NCBI GenBank assembly: GCA_977030845.1
Contig: OZ365110.1
Location: 44,268,001 to 44,332,000 of the forward strand
DNA: 64,000 nt
From: Fimbriosthenelais zetlandica
Lineage: Eukaryota
Direction of reading: 5' to 3'
The notes beneath the pieces are model-generated. The model saw only the letters and a program-made list of their open reading frames with translations. It did not search any database and was not told the origin of the DNA. Positions within the stretch are counted from its first letter, which is position 1; every line of letters starts with the position of its first letter. The position numbers were made by a program, and so were the translations under genes. Shown in pieces: positions 13,401 through 25,640 of the stretch.

Positions 13401-16400
13401 AATTTAAGTATCGAAATTTATATTATTTTGACGTCAATGACGGCTGTTCAGTATGGTGGTTCAACAGGGGCAGGAAGTCTAAGCAGAGATCTGATGAACA
13501 ACCTTATTGACAAGTGTTGTGTATTACTAGGAATAAAACTCATATGGAGAGCATTCCATATCCTTGTCAGATGTAACGTGTTACTCACTTGCGGAATCCA
13601 TCCACTATTAGCTGTCAACCATGCACAGTCCTTACACTTTACTGCCACAGCAATGTTCATGTGGTTGTGCTTGTCCAGTAACAAATTTGTTGGTTTTTGT
13701 AACATCGCAATAAACCAGGTTCTATTAATACCACAATCTGGGAGAGTTATCACTTGTCTAAGCCGACAATGTAGCCAGATACAAAGCGGTAGATAAACAT
13801 AGTGACTGCTCCTCTAATATTGACTCCAGGCAAGATGTGAGCCACTTTTTGCAAATCTAACAGCCTCTGCTTTGGGGCCAGATGATGAAGCTAATCATTG
13901 AGATCCTCCCTTATCGGGGAGCAAGGGCATGGGTACTTCAATTATAGCAAATAGTACTTAAAAGGGACTGACAAGTCTCTACTTCCCATTTTATAAGCAT
14001 AAGTCAGTGCAGTCGTGATGGGCAAAATGTCATTGTAACTTACTGGCCTGGCAGAGAATGCAATTTCCATTGCTCTATAGACGGGATGATTTCATTTGAC
14101 CAAGATGATATCGGCCCAGTTGATATCTCCTTTTCTGGACTTTTTTCTATCCATCTGACAGCATCATAGCTGGTGATCGGACTGAAGAAGCCATTACCAT
14201 GCTTGATGAATGGAGAAATCTAACTAACCCTGTTTCAAGCCTTTCTCCTCCATCAATACTACTAGACTTGCAAAAATGGTTCAACTGGCAGATAACTCTA
14301 TCCTTGCATTCATTTCAAATCGTGCTTTTTTTCTCATCATGTGTTCATCTGAGCAGCTCGGTGTTGTTGCTCTGGTTTGCCCTATATGCTCTAGCTCCTC
14401 CCATCCTGGCAATTTCCTGACTGGCTTTCCACTAAGATATCGGGCGAAGCACCCTTTGATAAAATACCTTCTGATGATGGAAGATCAGAGTGAAAAAAGC
14501 TCCAATTTGTGACTTCCACTAATGAAGTTTCCCATTTACATGTCCTTCATCAGGGCAGGCCTGGGAAGTTCACGAATTCAAAGGATCGTGTTAGTTCAGA
14601 TTATGGACTTCATATAAGAGAAAGGATATCCCTTATTTTTTCTAATTTGCATCTTAATGGTCTACCGGCTTCATTTAATATAACCACTAACGTTGACAGC
14701 CCATATTCATGGCTACCTATAATTTCGAATAGGCCTACAGCTAATGAATGATTTATTACAATGATACATACACACGGAAGACGAGATGAGTAGGTTTCTT
14801 TATATTGCATTGAGCTCATTAAGGACATTTGTTAATTATGAGAAGCTTCGTCCAATATCTCCTGCATCAGCGAGCAGCTCAGAACCATAAGTAGTATACA
14901 GGAATGTGGTCTTTGAGATGGCTGTTATCTTAATCTCCAGCATTTCTCCCATTGTCATCAACGCTTATATAGGCGTCAGTGTATGATAATGGCTTGCTTA
15001 ACAGTAATACTCTCTCCTAAAGCTTGTCTTTTTGTGTTCTATAAATGCCTTATTCCAAGGGTAAATACGAGCCGAACTAAGCATTTGATATTTTACTAAG
15101 CAGCTGCTTGTGTTAGAAAATTCCCTCAGGGCATACAACGTTTAGATCTATCCGATTCGGGGCGATCTAGACATGCCACACTGCCAAATGAAACAGCAAC
15201 CTTCTAAGCTTAAATGTGAGCAGTACACTATGTCTGAGAAAGGAAAGCTGGCTTTAGCTTCACATGCAGGATGGCATCTTTGGCTGCGATGATACACTGA
15301 AGGTATTGGCATTTCATGACCTTTTAGCAAACTACCTAGGCCTATATCTTGCTTCTTTGCTTGCTTTCTTGGGGGCAGCTGTTGCTGGAGATGGTGCTAT
15401 AAACCATGGAGGTGAGCTCCTTCGGGAGTTTCACCTAAAGCCCTCCTTTATCTCATGCTAAAAGCATTCAACTGTCGTAAGCCATCTTTACCATAAATCC
15501 TGGCCCCAGATCTGAGGTAAATGATATTTTGCACGCCATGTTTCCTTCTTCGGATGTGCGGGGCTTGGCTTGGAGCGAGGTCTAGAATGACATTGTATTA
15601 GTGAGAATCTTGGATGATGTAGAGATGTTAGTTGGACACCCTGCCTGTGAGTTGGGATGGGAAGGGGAGGAGGAGGGATGTACATTTGGTTGAGACTGAT
15701 ATGGTGAGAAGTGTTGGCCGGGCCAGAAGCCATAGTCATCTTAAGCTCCTCTTGTTCCACCACCGCCTTCCCTCCATCCTCACACCTTAATTCAGAGCCT
15801 TTAATGAGTTTAGCTGCTTAATACAGTTATGGATTCTTACACCATAAAGAATAATACACTAAAATAACAGGCTTCACTCCAGGCTTGTCACTGCATTACG
15901 GTTCGCCTTGGAACCGTGCAGTTGTACAACATTAAGCAACTCATAATTGACCAGGGCTAAAGGATATATATATATGAGGTTATATACATATCGGAGGTTG
16001 ATGAGGTGCTATATAGGAATAGAGCTAACATAACTTATGCAAGGCTTCTGAATACAAACACGAAGGGTGGAAACATTCCCATTATCATTAATAGATCCCA
16101 TGCATACAGAACACTAAAGTTGTCTCATTAGCTCATGCAGGACTAGAACCAAAGGCAAAGGGATCACATTTCTAATTAAGCCTCTTGAGAAAATGGTTGT
16201 GTTTTGAAGGTAAATTGCCATAACCTTCAGCTCGATTTACTTTGAGACTTACATGTCATCCTTGCTATATTATCCAATGTCTTGGTTATCCTGGCATCAC
16301 TGATGGTTTTCTAATATGGAAATGTAATTTTCGTTTTTATGTTGGTAATATGCAATATGATCTATAAAATGTTTGATTTATTCTTGTTTATTCCTATAAT

Positions 16401-18323
16401 ATCAAACTTATATTATGAAAGTAGTGACTTAATAGTATCACAGTGTATACCAGACCCTTGCCAGCAGCCAGAAGGGAGCCCATCAGGGCAATACATCCTT
16501 GTTTGCTATCTCAACACTGTATACTTAATTCAGTGAAAAAACCCTCGTACATTCTGATACTCATCGATTCGCCTTGTGTGCTCTTCCTCTGTGTAAATCT
16601 AGGTTTGTACATCTGATGGTGGACCCATGCCTGGTGACTCTTGGATTTACGCCTTTCCTCCTGATTCGTGGCTTGCCTCGGGCGGCATCTATACATCACT
16701 GCCTTGACACTCTCACTACCACTACCAACTCCTCTGGATCAGATCTTCTCTCTCCTCTCCTCCAGGCTGAACAGGAGGAGCCGGATGTGGTGGTGCCCTG
16801 GAATGTGGGTGTGGGTCTGGTGTCTGGGGCTAACTGTGTGGACATCCTCAGCCCTTGGATCAGTTACAACTCAAGTACCTGGGTGCTGGGCAGCTTCCTC
16901 GAGAGACCCGTTGAGGAGAGATTAGAAGAACTTTTGGTATGTTCATTAAAATATGTATATTCCCGTATTCCGTGAAAGGGTGAAGGGTCCATCCTGATTC
17001 AATATCAGTAGAATGACCAATATGTTAATGACAAATGAGTGAACAAAAATATGCCTCCTCTGAATCCATTGAATATCTGCATGTTTCGCATGAACACAGT
17101 GCACATGAATTCCTATAAAGGCTTCCTGCATGATGAGTTGAGAAAAGAATCTCTTGAGAGCTTCCAAATAATATTATCTTATCATCATTATGCCCTATAT
17201 GAGATGTCCCTCCTTGCTAAAACCTATTCATCACCAAGATATGTTGGCTAGTTTCAACATACTAAAGATAATCTTTGCAACATGAAGCTGGAAAATATCC
17301 AGCCGACTTTATAGCTTGACATTTCTGAAAAAGAATTTTACAACTGAATAAGTTCATTATTGATCATTTTCCTCAATTTCATCCATGGCCAATTTTGAAA
17401 GACCTTGAGAAATCACAGCGCTGCAATCACGGGGCAAAATATTAGCTTAATTCTTTAATTCGTTCCTTTCCGTATTTGCTTCCCAACTGTATTGTCCTTT
17501 TCTTAAGTATTCCAATGTTGCAAACTGTCTTTATTTGGGTGTCGTTTTTTTCAGAAGAAAAATTTCCGCGCAATTTTAATGACCTTCAAACAATCAAATA
17601 CAAAACTGCTTTGTGTCACGCGGTGCTCTGCCTCATCATGCCAATCCCATCGGGAAAATGGAAGGGAACCATTGGAACACGCAGACAAATATGATTATGT
17701 CCCCTATTTTATCATTTTGGGCCGGATTATGATTGTATTGATTTTTGCAGATACAATGGGTCTCCTTGCTGCAATGCTCCATCGTTCTTCCTGTCCTTCT
17801 CCGCATGTTCCGCTACCGCTGGAAAATGTCATGGCAACCTTTCCTGCACAGCAACTTGTACTTCTTCTTGCAGGCCCTCGACGTGGCCTTTCTCATGGAA
17901 ACTTTTGTCATGGCCGAGGACTGCGCCTGGGGAGTGGCCGTGCAAACTCTCATCTTCATAAACGTACTGGCAATTTGTATCGGTTGCCTCACCCTCTCCA
18001 TCCCTCCCATTTACATAGGCAATCAGATCACTAACAAGTACATCAAAACAACTTCTTATATAGGCACCGCCTTGCTTGACCTTCCATTTCTCATTCTCAG
18101 ACTGTTCATAGTGCATCAATCTCAGTCAGCCATAGACATGGCAACTGGGGGATTTTTCTTTATATTCATCGTGAAGGAGATGGTGTGCATAGCTGTCATA
18201 TTCAGCATCATTTGCAGGAAGATATCATTGTGTGTTGGGAGTACATATCTAAGTTTAAATGTTCAGGACATAGACTTTGAGGACTTTGAACCCAATGAAC
18301 ATGAAATGGAGGAGTATGTTTGA
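10142..18323 (+). CDS. TMEM236-like multipass membrane protein (TMEM26/121/236-type), 409 aa; exons 10142-10464, 16603-16936, 17751-18323
   Basis: GT-AG junctions with matching phases (2, 0); total 1230 nt including the stop. Several hydrophobic helices. NVATFAIVTIPSSAQF resembles the TMEM236 N-terminus (EFAAFSIPTLVITEQF). The C-terminal LLDLPFLILRL...FIFIVKE matches the family DLPF..RL....K motif. An acceptor at 10133-10134 implies an upstream non-coding exon. Confidence 0.75.
12610..13122 (-). mobile_element. Decayed LINE (L1/Tx1-like) reverse-transcriptase fragment
   Basis: Minus-strand LL..SRAFDNVENDCL (cf. KAFD.VE..YL), then VNG and STRQRPC (cf. GTRQGCP), with stops and frameshifts. Confidence 0.45.
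16603..16936 (+). CDS. TMEM236-like coding exon 2
   Basis: Acceptor tctAG|g, open frame FVHLMVDPCLVTLG...LEELL, donor ttg|GTATGT. Confidence 0.75.
17751..18323 (+). CDS. TMEM236-like terminal exon
   Basis: Acceptor tttgcAG|ata, LLDLPFLILRL motif, TGA at 18321-18323. Confidence 0.85.
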   Translation: MQWVSLLQCSIVLPVLLRMFRYRWKMSWQPFLHSNLYFFLQALDVAFLMETFVMAEDCAWGVAVQTLIFINVLAICIGCLTLSIPPIYIGNQITNKYIKTTSYIGTALLDLPFLILRLFIVHQSQSAIDMATGGFFFIFIVKEMVCIAVIFSIICRKISLCVGSTYLSLNVQDIDFEDFEPNEHEMEEYV

Positions 18324-20774
18324 TGTTCATAGTGATCTAACCGATTAAAATAATAATTGAATTAGATATGGACTTGAAATAATCAAGATTTACAAAAAAG
18401 ATTTGGGTTACAATAGACTGACTGCATAACATGATGACCTCAGTACCTCCCTGGGAAGAGATCGTGCGAATGAGAGGGGAACCGGTCCTGATGAATTAGC
18501 TGGATCCCGTAGTTTCACTTGCAAGCAGAGAACTTCGGGAAGCAAAAGCCTCGTTATCCAAGGACCTCTTTACCATTTGGTCAAGATATTGTATAGAAAC
18601 GTCCTTAACATTATTCTGAGAACCAAGGGAACGTAGGAGGGATAGAGCTGTGTTATGATATAATGTTTCAAATGCATATATATGTGCTTCTCCCATACAT
18701 AATTAATAGAAATCTTCCAAGAATAAAAATTAATTCAGGGGCATTTTATTATGCTTGGTGACCTCCCCAAGAGACATGCATTGATTCCAAGATTATGGTG
18801 CTACTTTGAAGTATTGTCCATTTAAATAAGTTTACATGTCAATAATTTACACTTAATATATGAATGTGTTGTCAATGTAAATGTATGCATCAAAGAATGA
18901 ATATTACCTGGAATTCAAATTTCAACAATCATGTTCAGATGGCGTTCGTGCTATATATGGCAATAATATATTTTATTGCCAAGTGCAATTTTAAGATCTA
19001 CGTGGAAACACATGCATTACTGACTTTACACTCATTGGCGTACCATATGTTGTACCATGAAAATGTAAAATAAAACTTTAAAAATACTGTCTTCTTTTCA
19101 ATTGACCCCAGACTGTGTAACTTTGTCTTTAGTGATATTTATTTTTCATTATACCTACATACAAAGAATGGACCAGTTATGGAGGGTGCCTTTGTGGTTT
19201 CAAAGACCCTAAATAAGCTCATCAAACAGTCTTTATTGCTTTTCGATTAGCAATGAATAGTTAATGGAGCTATTGTCGAGAGTGAACTTGTGCTGACGTT
19301 TCAAAGCATTAACTTGTGATATTTACAACACTTTTTCTCCCTTTTCCTGGTAATTCACAAAAGACAAGTGAGCCATTAGACTGAGCTAGACAGGTCGTTA
19401 GTCAATTCCAGCTGGTCCCATGATTAATCCTACAAGATGAAGATGGAAGGTGGCACATTAAGTCACCTTCACCACACATGGCTAACTCCTTCTCCATTAT
19501 ACTGGTTATAGTCCACAGTACTTAAATCCTCAAAAGTTGTAAGTCTCCGTAAATCTTTTAAAAACAAGCTCAGCTCAAACCAACCAAGGAAAATAAACAG
19601 AATTCAATATCTTGAAAGGGGAGTCATATGTTGATTAAAGTAAATGTTCTGGAGACTAATCTATGAGCTAAGGTCGTGTTTACGGACTGATACAATCCGG
19701 TTAATGGATTTAATCTAGTGAATAGCAATTTCGTCTGATTTAATAGAATTTTTCTGATGGGCCAAACCATTAAATATATGACGGATTAACGTAGTGGGGG
19801 TGTACAATTGCTGAAGTAATGATAGGGCACATTGTAATTTCAAGATAGAGCTACAATTTGTATGGCATCCTCACATGTGCTGCCACCTTGTGTTACAATG
19901 TAACAAAGCATCTCAAAATAACAAGGGTGGATCAAGGTTTGCTGAAGATTGAATGGGATAGTCTTAGCTTCATGGTGCATGGGGTCCATTATTCAACCCA
20001 CACGTCCCTGGAATACAGGGTTTAAAATGGAACCACACAAAACCCACCCCTAGAACGATGGTTGACGCCACTAAAACAGGTTTTAATGGCAGTAGTCTGC
20101 AGGATGTTTCAGAATAGGAATGCTCTTCAGTTTGACTTCGGATGGATCCTCAAATCGTTATAACTATATCAACAAAACATAATGTTTTCCCTGATTCTCC
20201 ATTTTCACCAAAAACATTAATTTGCACGGAGAAAACTCATGAAAGTCTCTGTTTTTGAGGTACATGAACCAGCATATATAGACCTGTAACCAATTTAGTT
20301 CCGATAGGCTGCCGGGTGGCTTTTGTGTAACCTATCATATGCATGATGCATACTTCAGGCTATCTTGCTTCTGCCCTCAAATAATAATAATAATCTCTTC
20401 CGCCCAGCTAAGGGAATGTCTTACTGATTACACTATGGTGTGTACATGTAGTCGATTGCGAGCGTCAGTTAAGGGAAGAACCGAGCAGATGCATAATACA
20501 TCTGGAGAGCACAACCTGACGAAGTATTGTCTTCATAATTTTCTCTACCCAGTGTCTCCTCATACTGCATACAATCTTGGACTAATTAACAATGAAGTAA
20601 CGCCTAATACATTTGTACTGGTTAGTCACTTCGCAGAGGAATAACTCGAAATAAGCAAAATGGAAAATGTACATCATCATGTAAGGCACTTAACAGTATA
20701 TTAATATGAAATTGCTCCTAAATTTAATCTTAAATGTAAAAATGAAATGCTTATCAATAACGAGGTCTAGATAA

Positions 20775-20964
20775 AGCCTGTACTCCACTGCTGCAATTTT
20801 GCTTGCGACACAACTGCGACAAAGATGTGATGCTTGTGTGGCAATGAAAAGATTTGAGGATAGCCACAAGGCCTTGGTCCCCTCAACTGCAATTTTCAGA
20901 TTTTAAAACATCAATTTTGTCGCAGTAGTGTCACAAGTAAAATCGAAGCATTAGAGGACGGCCT
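20775..20964. mobile_element. About 190-bp MITE with roughly 50-bp imperfect TIRs, PIF/Harbinger-like
   Basis: Left agcctgtactccactgctgcaattttgcttgcgacacaactgcgacaaa matches the reverse complement of the right end (aggccgtcctctaatgcttcgattttacttgtgacactactgcgacaaa). Flanks are TAA and TTA. Confidence 0.6.
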
Positions 20965-21112
20965 TTATGTTAGTTGAATTGCTACCCCAAGGGAAGGATT
21001 TCATCCTGGTAAAGGCTCTTACGCAGATTCCCGAGCAGGACACAAGAATCCATTCCGTCGAAGCACTTTTGAATATGAACCATAAAGAACATGTGAAGCA
21101 ATTCATCCTTAC

Positions 21113-21578
21113 CTAGCCATCCTTTCATCTGGTCGGTCATGCAGAGCTCTCTCTCAGCACTGGGCAATATGTAAGCCATCAGCATGAATCCAATGTCATC
21201 TCCCATGATGCCTAGTCCCAACACTACAAACAACATCCATTGGATCCTTCCAAAACCCACCACACCCATGGACTTCTCATGAATTGAGCTCATCATTTCA
21301 TCAAAAGAGGGACCTTCATCTTCGGGAGGAAGCCATTCCGGCTCCGGCCTCCCCTGGGTCTTCGCTGGGGCTTGAACTTTCCCTCCTCTACTTCCGTCCT
21401 CCCGTGGTGGAATTCGGCCATCCTGTGGAGCTGGGTTAGCTTCGTGGAGGCCACCATTCTGGAGCTTCGTGTTGGTGTCTGTAGGTGGGTTATTATAGTC
21501 CCGCTCCCCTCCATTTCCCGTGTACGTACTTTGAGCCTTTGAGAAGAGGGCCACACTCTCTGAATAGTCGCCAGACAT
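21113..21578 (-). CDS. SV2: SV2-like synaptic vesicle glycoprotein 2 (MFS), first coding exon
   Basis: GFGRIQWMLFVVLGLGIMGDDIGFMLMAYILPSAERELCMTDQMKGWLG aligns to SV2A GFGRFQW.L..VLGLALMADGVEVF...F.LPSAEKDMCLSDSNKGMLG. Donor G|GTAAGG (phase 1) after KGWLG. In-frame TGA upstream of the ATG; acceptor at 21641-21642. Later exons not found in 1-21112. Confidence 0.88.
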
Positions 21579-22699
21579 CTTTACATTGAATCACAGGCTG
21601 ATTAATATTGTAGCATTGGCATTGTTGAGTCATCCAGGGTCTGGAATAAAGAAGAATAGTATTTCATCTCAGATGTAAAGAGGACCAGGTCCATTAGTTC
21701 TTTCTGAGCATAGAGCGTCTGCTCAAGTGGAATATAAATCATTAAAATATTGAAATATACGTTCTGCTGTCAACAATATAACACAATATGGCTATGCATG
21801 GTCGGAGAAAGAAACGTATGGACCAAGATGTGGTGTGCTATAAATATGTATGGGATGAGGCAATATGTCGTTCCAGGATGTCACTCCAGGATGGAAGGGC
21901 ACATACTTGGTTAATGAAATCTATGTTTTAATGTGATGTCTAGGTTGTGTCGGAGTATCTCATGATAAGCTATATTTATATCCATTTGATACATATATAA
22001 TTTAACATGTACTGAAAAAAAAAATCCACATCTCATTTCTTGACAGACTTATTCATTATCACATGGCAGTAGTAATGAGAATTGGACAGGAGCGTAGGCT
22101 TGATAAGTAATTTCAGATTTCACGCTGGTGGATAGCATATATATTATCATTTCATTTTTCTCTACATTCCATTAATTCCACTGAATGACCTAGCTCCAGT
22201 GACATATAATCATATCCCCAATCATATGATTCCAAGTCATTAGATATTTCACCTTTAGCTCTTTAGGGTACCTTTAAGAGATACAGACATTCTAGAAAGT
22301 CCTTCCTATTCTTTGTTATCGTACACCATTTGCTTGATTAGTTCTGTGGAACTTCAATAATGGAGTTGCTTAATTTAGAACGTGGAATGTTATCTGACTT
22401 GAAGGTTAACAAACCGACTTTTCCTTCCTGTGAATAACATTGGCTCGGGTTATTGGTGAGCAACTGAAGGGTTCATCTCTTTTGTTCTGTTCATGATGTT
22501 CTGGTTACTATATTTTTAGTCTTACAAGATAGTATATGTACGTTTGGTATATTAGAAGACTTTGATGGGTTTTGGTCAGCGGATTAATATAAGCTTGGTA
22601 TGTAGGAAAAACTGGAAAGCTGACGGTTAATGCTATAGTAGGATCTTTCATTCAATGGACAGTTTCTTTTGTATATCAAGGAAACGGATAAGTGGACAA

Positions 22700-23040
22700 A
22701 TCCATGCAAAACTCTCAAGTCACTCTCCCTGTGAAGGTGTCCAACAGAGTATCTATTCTTTAAGCTGAATTGCACACTCTGTCAGGCAGAACTTCCAGTA
22801 AGGTCCTGGAAGAATCAGGGGAAATCTCAAGCAATTGGCCCAGACACGATCTTATCTCCCTTGGTAATGATAAGCCAGCCGAGTGTGGGTATTTTTTCAA
22901 AGTCTATCATTGCGGGTATTGAGGCTATTATCTGACTCGTCTTGTTCCGGGTCTGCACAGTGTTTCAACCTCATTTATATTGATTCTGAGAGGATGGGAC
23001 TTTTGAACTGGTAATTTACCTTCTAGTCGCAATACAGGAC
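22700..23040 (-). mobile_element. Decayed L1/Tx1-like RT fragment
   Basis: Minus strand ININEVETLCRPGTR (cf. IINEDQTGFVPGR) and IPAMIDFEK (cf. IDFEKAFD), interrupted by stops. Confidence 0.45.
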
Positions 23041-24231
23041 AGAGTGATATTTCGCCTGCCTTATATTAGGATCAATATTGTAAAAAGCTTGCACAATGAG
23101 TTTATATAATGAGTTTCACAAAATCGGTAATATGATCTATTTACATCAAATCTGAATATTAAAACAAACAAGGATTCAAAATGAAACAATTTTATTTCGT
23201 GAATCAATAATAATGGACTTTCCTGAGCATTCCCACAATATCTAGCCATTTCTAGGAAAGGGAAAGTGTAGTGTTCTCTAAAAGACATTACACACTACAA
23301 TATATAATTTTAATTACACACACTTTGGAGAAGATCTCCATTGTTGTCTCAGGACTGTATTTTGCGCCAACACACCCATCAACTTCCCACTGACTTATAT
23401 AGGGCCTGGGAGGTACTATAAAAGAGCGATCGATCCAAAAATAGGTTGCCGGGCCTCAAGGAGGGGCAGACAGGCAACACACAATGCAAACACCAAAGGA
23501 CATTGGCCTGGAACAAGGCAAGTAATTCAGTTAGAGTTGCTTGATGTCAGAGTGAATTTATCACTTGGGGATTAGAGAGAGAAGGTTTAGTTCCCCTGTC
23601 TGTATATTGCTACTAACCTCAGAAAGTCAAAAAGACGCATCTTCACAGACAGCTTGAAATTTCAGGTGTCATTATTCAGGTGATTATTCCCATAGTACAC
23701 CTCAAAGATTAAAAGAACGTGAATTTAAGTTTAACGTTGAGGGATTATTATTTCGTCAATAAAGATGCCTAGCTCATGATTCGGTTTACCAGGCATCAAG
23801 TTCCGCCAATCCAAATATTGGGCTCAGGTGCCACTGACCGGCGCCACTTCCACCAGCCATCTTAACTTAATGGCCCTCCCCTTCTGGTCAAGGCGGCTCC
23901 AAAAAAGGACCATTGAAAATCATTAACGTTGGCAGGAGAGCTGCAGGGAAGTAAAGGAATGAAGGAGATTTAACCATCGAGTTAAAAAGACTGATGCGCC
24001 TTGCAGCCATGTGAACAACAATTTATGTTGTCGGATAGAAAACTCAAGTTAAAAGCCCAAGTTATATTCTATAGTAGCCAAATAAGAAAAGATTTCCTCC
24101 TATAAAAAATGCTCCGTTTCTCTCACTCTCGCTATACATTTCTTTAAACCCATTTCTGAGGGTTTCACGCTCCACAATGATGAAACCAATTCCCAAGGGC
24201 AATGCAGTGAAGTACCATGATAAAATTTGAA

Positions 24232-24530
24232 ACCAATGCCCTAAAGCAAACATACAACAGTGAATATTCTGCACCATGCCCCACAATGTTGACAACAATG
24301 CCTTAAAGCAATCCTGCAGAGCTGTACAACAGTGAATATTCCGCACCATGCCCCACAATGTTGATAACAATGCCTCAAGGCAATCCTGCAGAGCTGTACA
24401 ACAGTGAATAAATTATTCTGCACCACGCCCCACAATGTTGATAACAATGCCTCAAGGCAATCCTGCAGAGCTGTACAACAGTGAATATTCTGCATCATAC
24501 CCCACAATGTTACAACCAATGCCTCAGGAC
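24232..24530. repeat. 72-bp minisatellite, about 4 copies
   Basis: Unit tacaacagtgaatattctgcaccatgccccacaatgttga(c/t)aacaatgcct(t/c)aa(a/g)gcaatcctgcagagctg starts at 24253, 24325, 24397 (5-bp insertion) and 24474. Confidence 0.95.
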
Positions 24531-25329
24531 AATACAGGGAGGTACAATGGTTTCCAATAAAGACCGTGTTAATGTGAATCCATTAAAGACAGCTCGATGA
24601 GACCATTTTCTAAGGTTCCCTCTCATATAAAGGCTGTGTTAAAACAGTTTATACCCTAAGGACCTCAGTATCACTACACGCTTGCTTTACTTTGCACAGT
24701 GACAAACATACATGTTAATGATGTGAGATTATCTGGCAGACACAATCCACAAGCTATACAGACTATAATAGATCATTCTGTCCAGCCTTTTAGTGCACGT
24801 TCCAGCTTTCAAAAACGTTAGAGAATAGACTGCTGTACTCGCCGTCCTTTACACTCAATGGAAGTATTTCGATAAAGAGCCTTTGATGGTAGGCGCCTCT
24901 GATCATAGTCATACTGCATGAAATATTTATCTGGGCGAGGAAAGGGAGGCATTTACCAGTATCAACCTTGCCTCCATGTTATACCTCAAGCGTTGGACAT
25001 CAAACCACTCTTGATGGACATTATTAATAAAGAATGCCTCCAATAGTATGGGGTGGGGCGGCGCACAGGCATATTTTGGATATAAAAACTGTATAGTCCG
25101 CTAAATGAATTACCTCATTGATCTACAGTCCATTCACTAATGTAAGATATGAATGTAATATATTTTATCATTTGAGGTCCAGATTCAGTTGATGTGACAA
25201 CCACTTTATGGAATAAATCCCTTTATATGCAGATGTATATTATAAAGCTCTCTCCGGTCCTCTGACAATCACTGTTGTTCATTATCACGCACTCAGCAAA
25301 CACGGAAATCCTGCTGCAAACAATTTAAC

Positions 25330-25640
25330 AAGAATCTATCACAGAGAGAGCTGGTTCAGGGGCTGGATGGCCATTCGTTCAATATGTAATCCATTGACCT
25401 AAAGGGTTGACAGAACTGATTACACCATTGCCCTAGTGTCGCTGGACCTGAATCTGTTCTCTGGCAGGTAATTATAAAAGTGTTGTAGTCACTGAACATG
25501 TCAAAGGCCTTGGAATGACTGCATATAATGGCCTCTTTAAAGAGCGTCAAATTCTTAGCAGTGGATTTACATTCATACTTCTGAGACTGAATGTGGAAAA
25601 TGAGTTTACACCACAAAGGGCAGATCTGGTCCAACTCTTT
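25330..25640 (-). mobile_element. Decayed CR1/L2-like RT fragment
   Basis: KSTAKNLTLFKEAI..SHSKAFDMFS (cf. RST.TNL..F.E.I..DFSKAFD.V.H), then LGQWIT in another frame. Confidence 0.45.

Noticed and set aside
14040-14620. Hydrophobic short ORFs and a minus-strand donor at about 14043 as missing SV2 or TMEM exons
   Set aside because: No SV2 motifs, and the TMEM236-like exons already join in phase without them.
24062-24519. Cys-rich repetitive ORFs on the minus strand
   Set aside because: Produced by the 72-bp minisatellite; no splice or start context.
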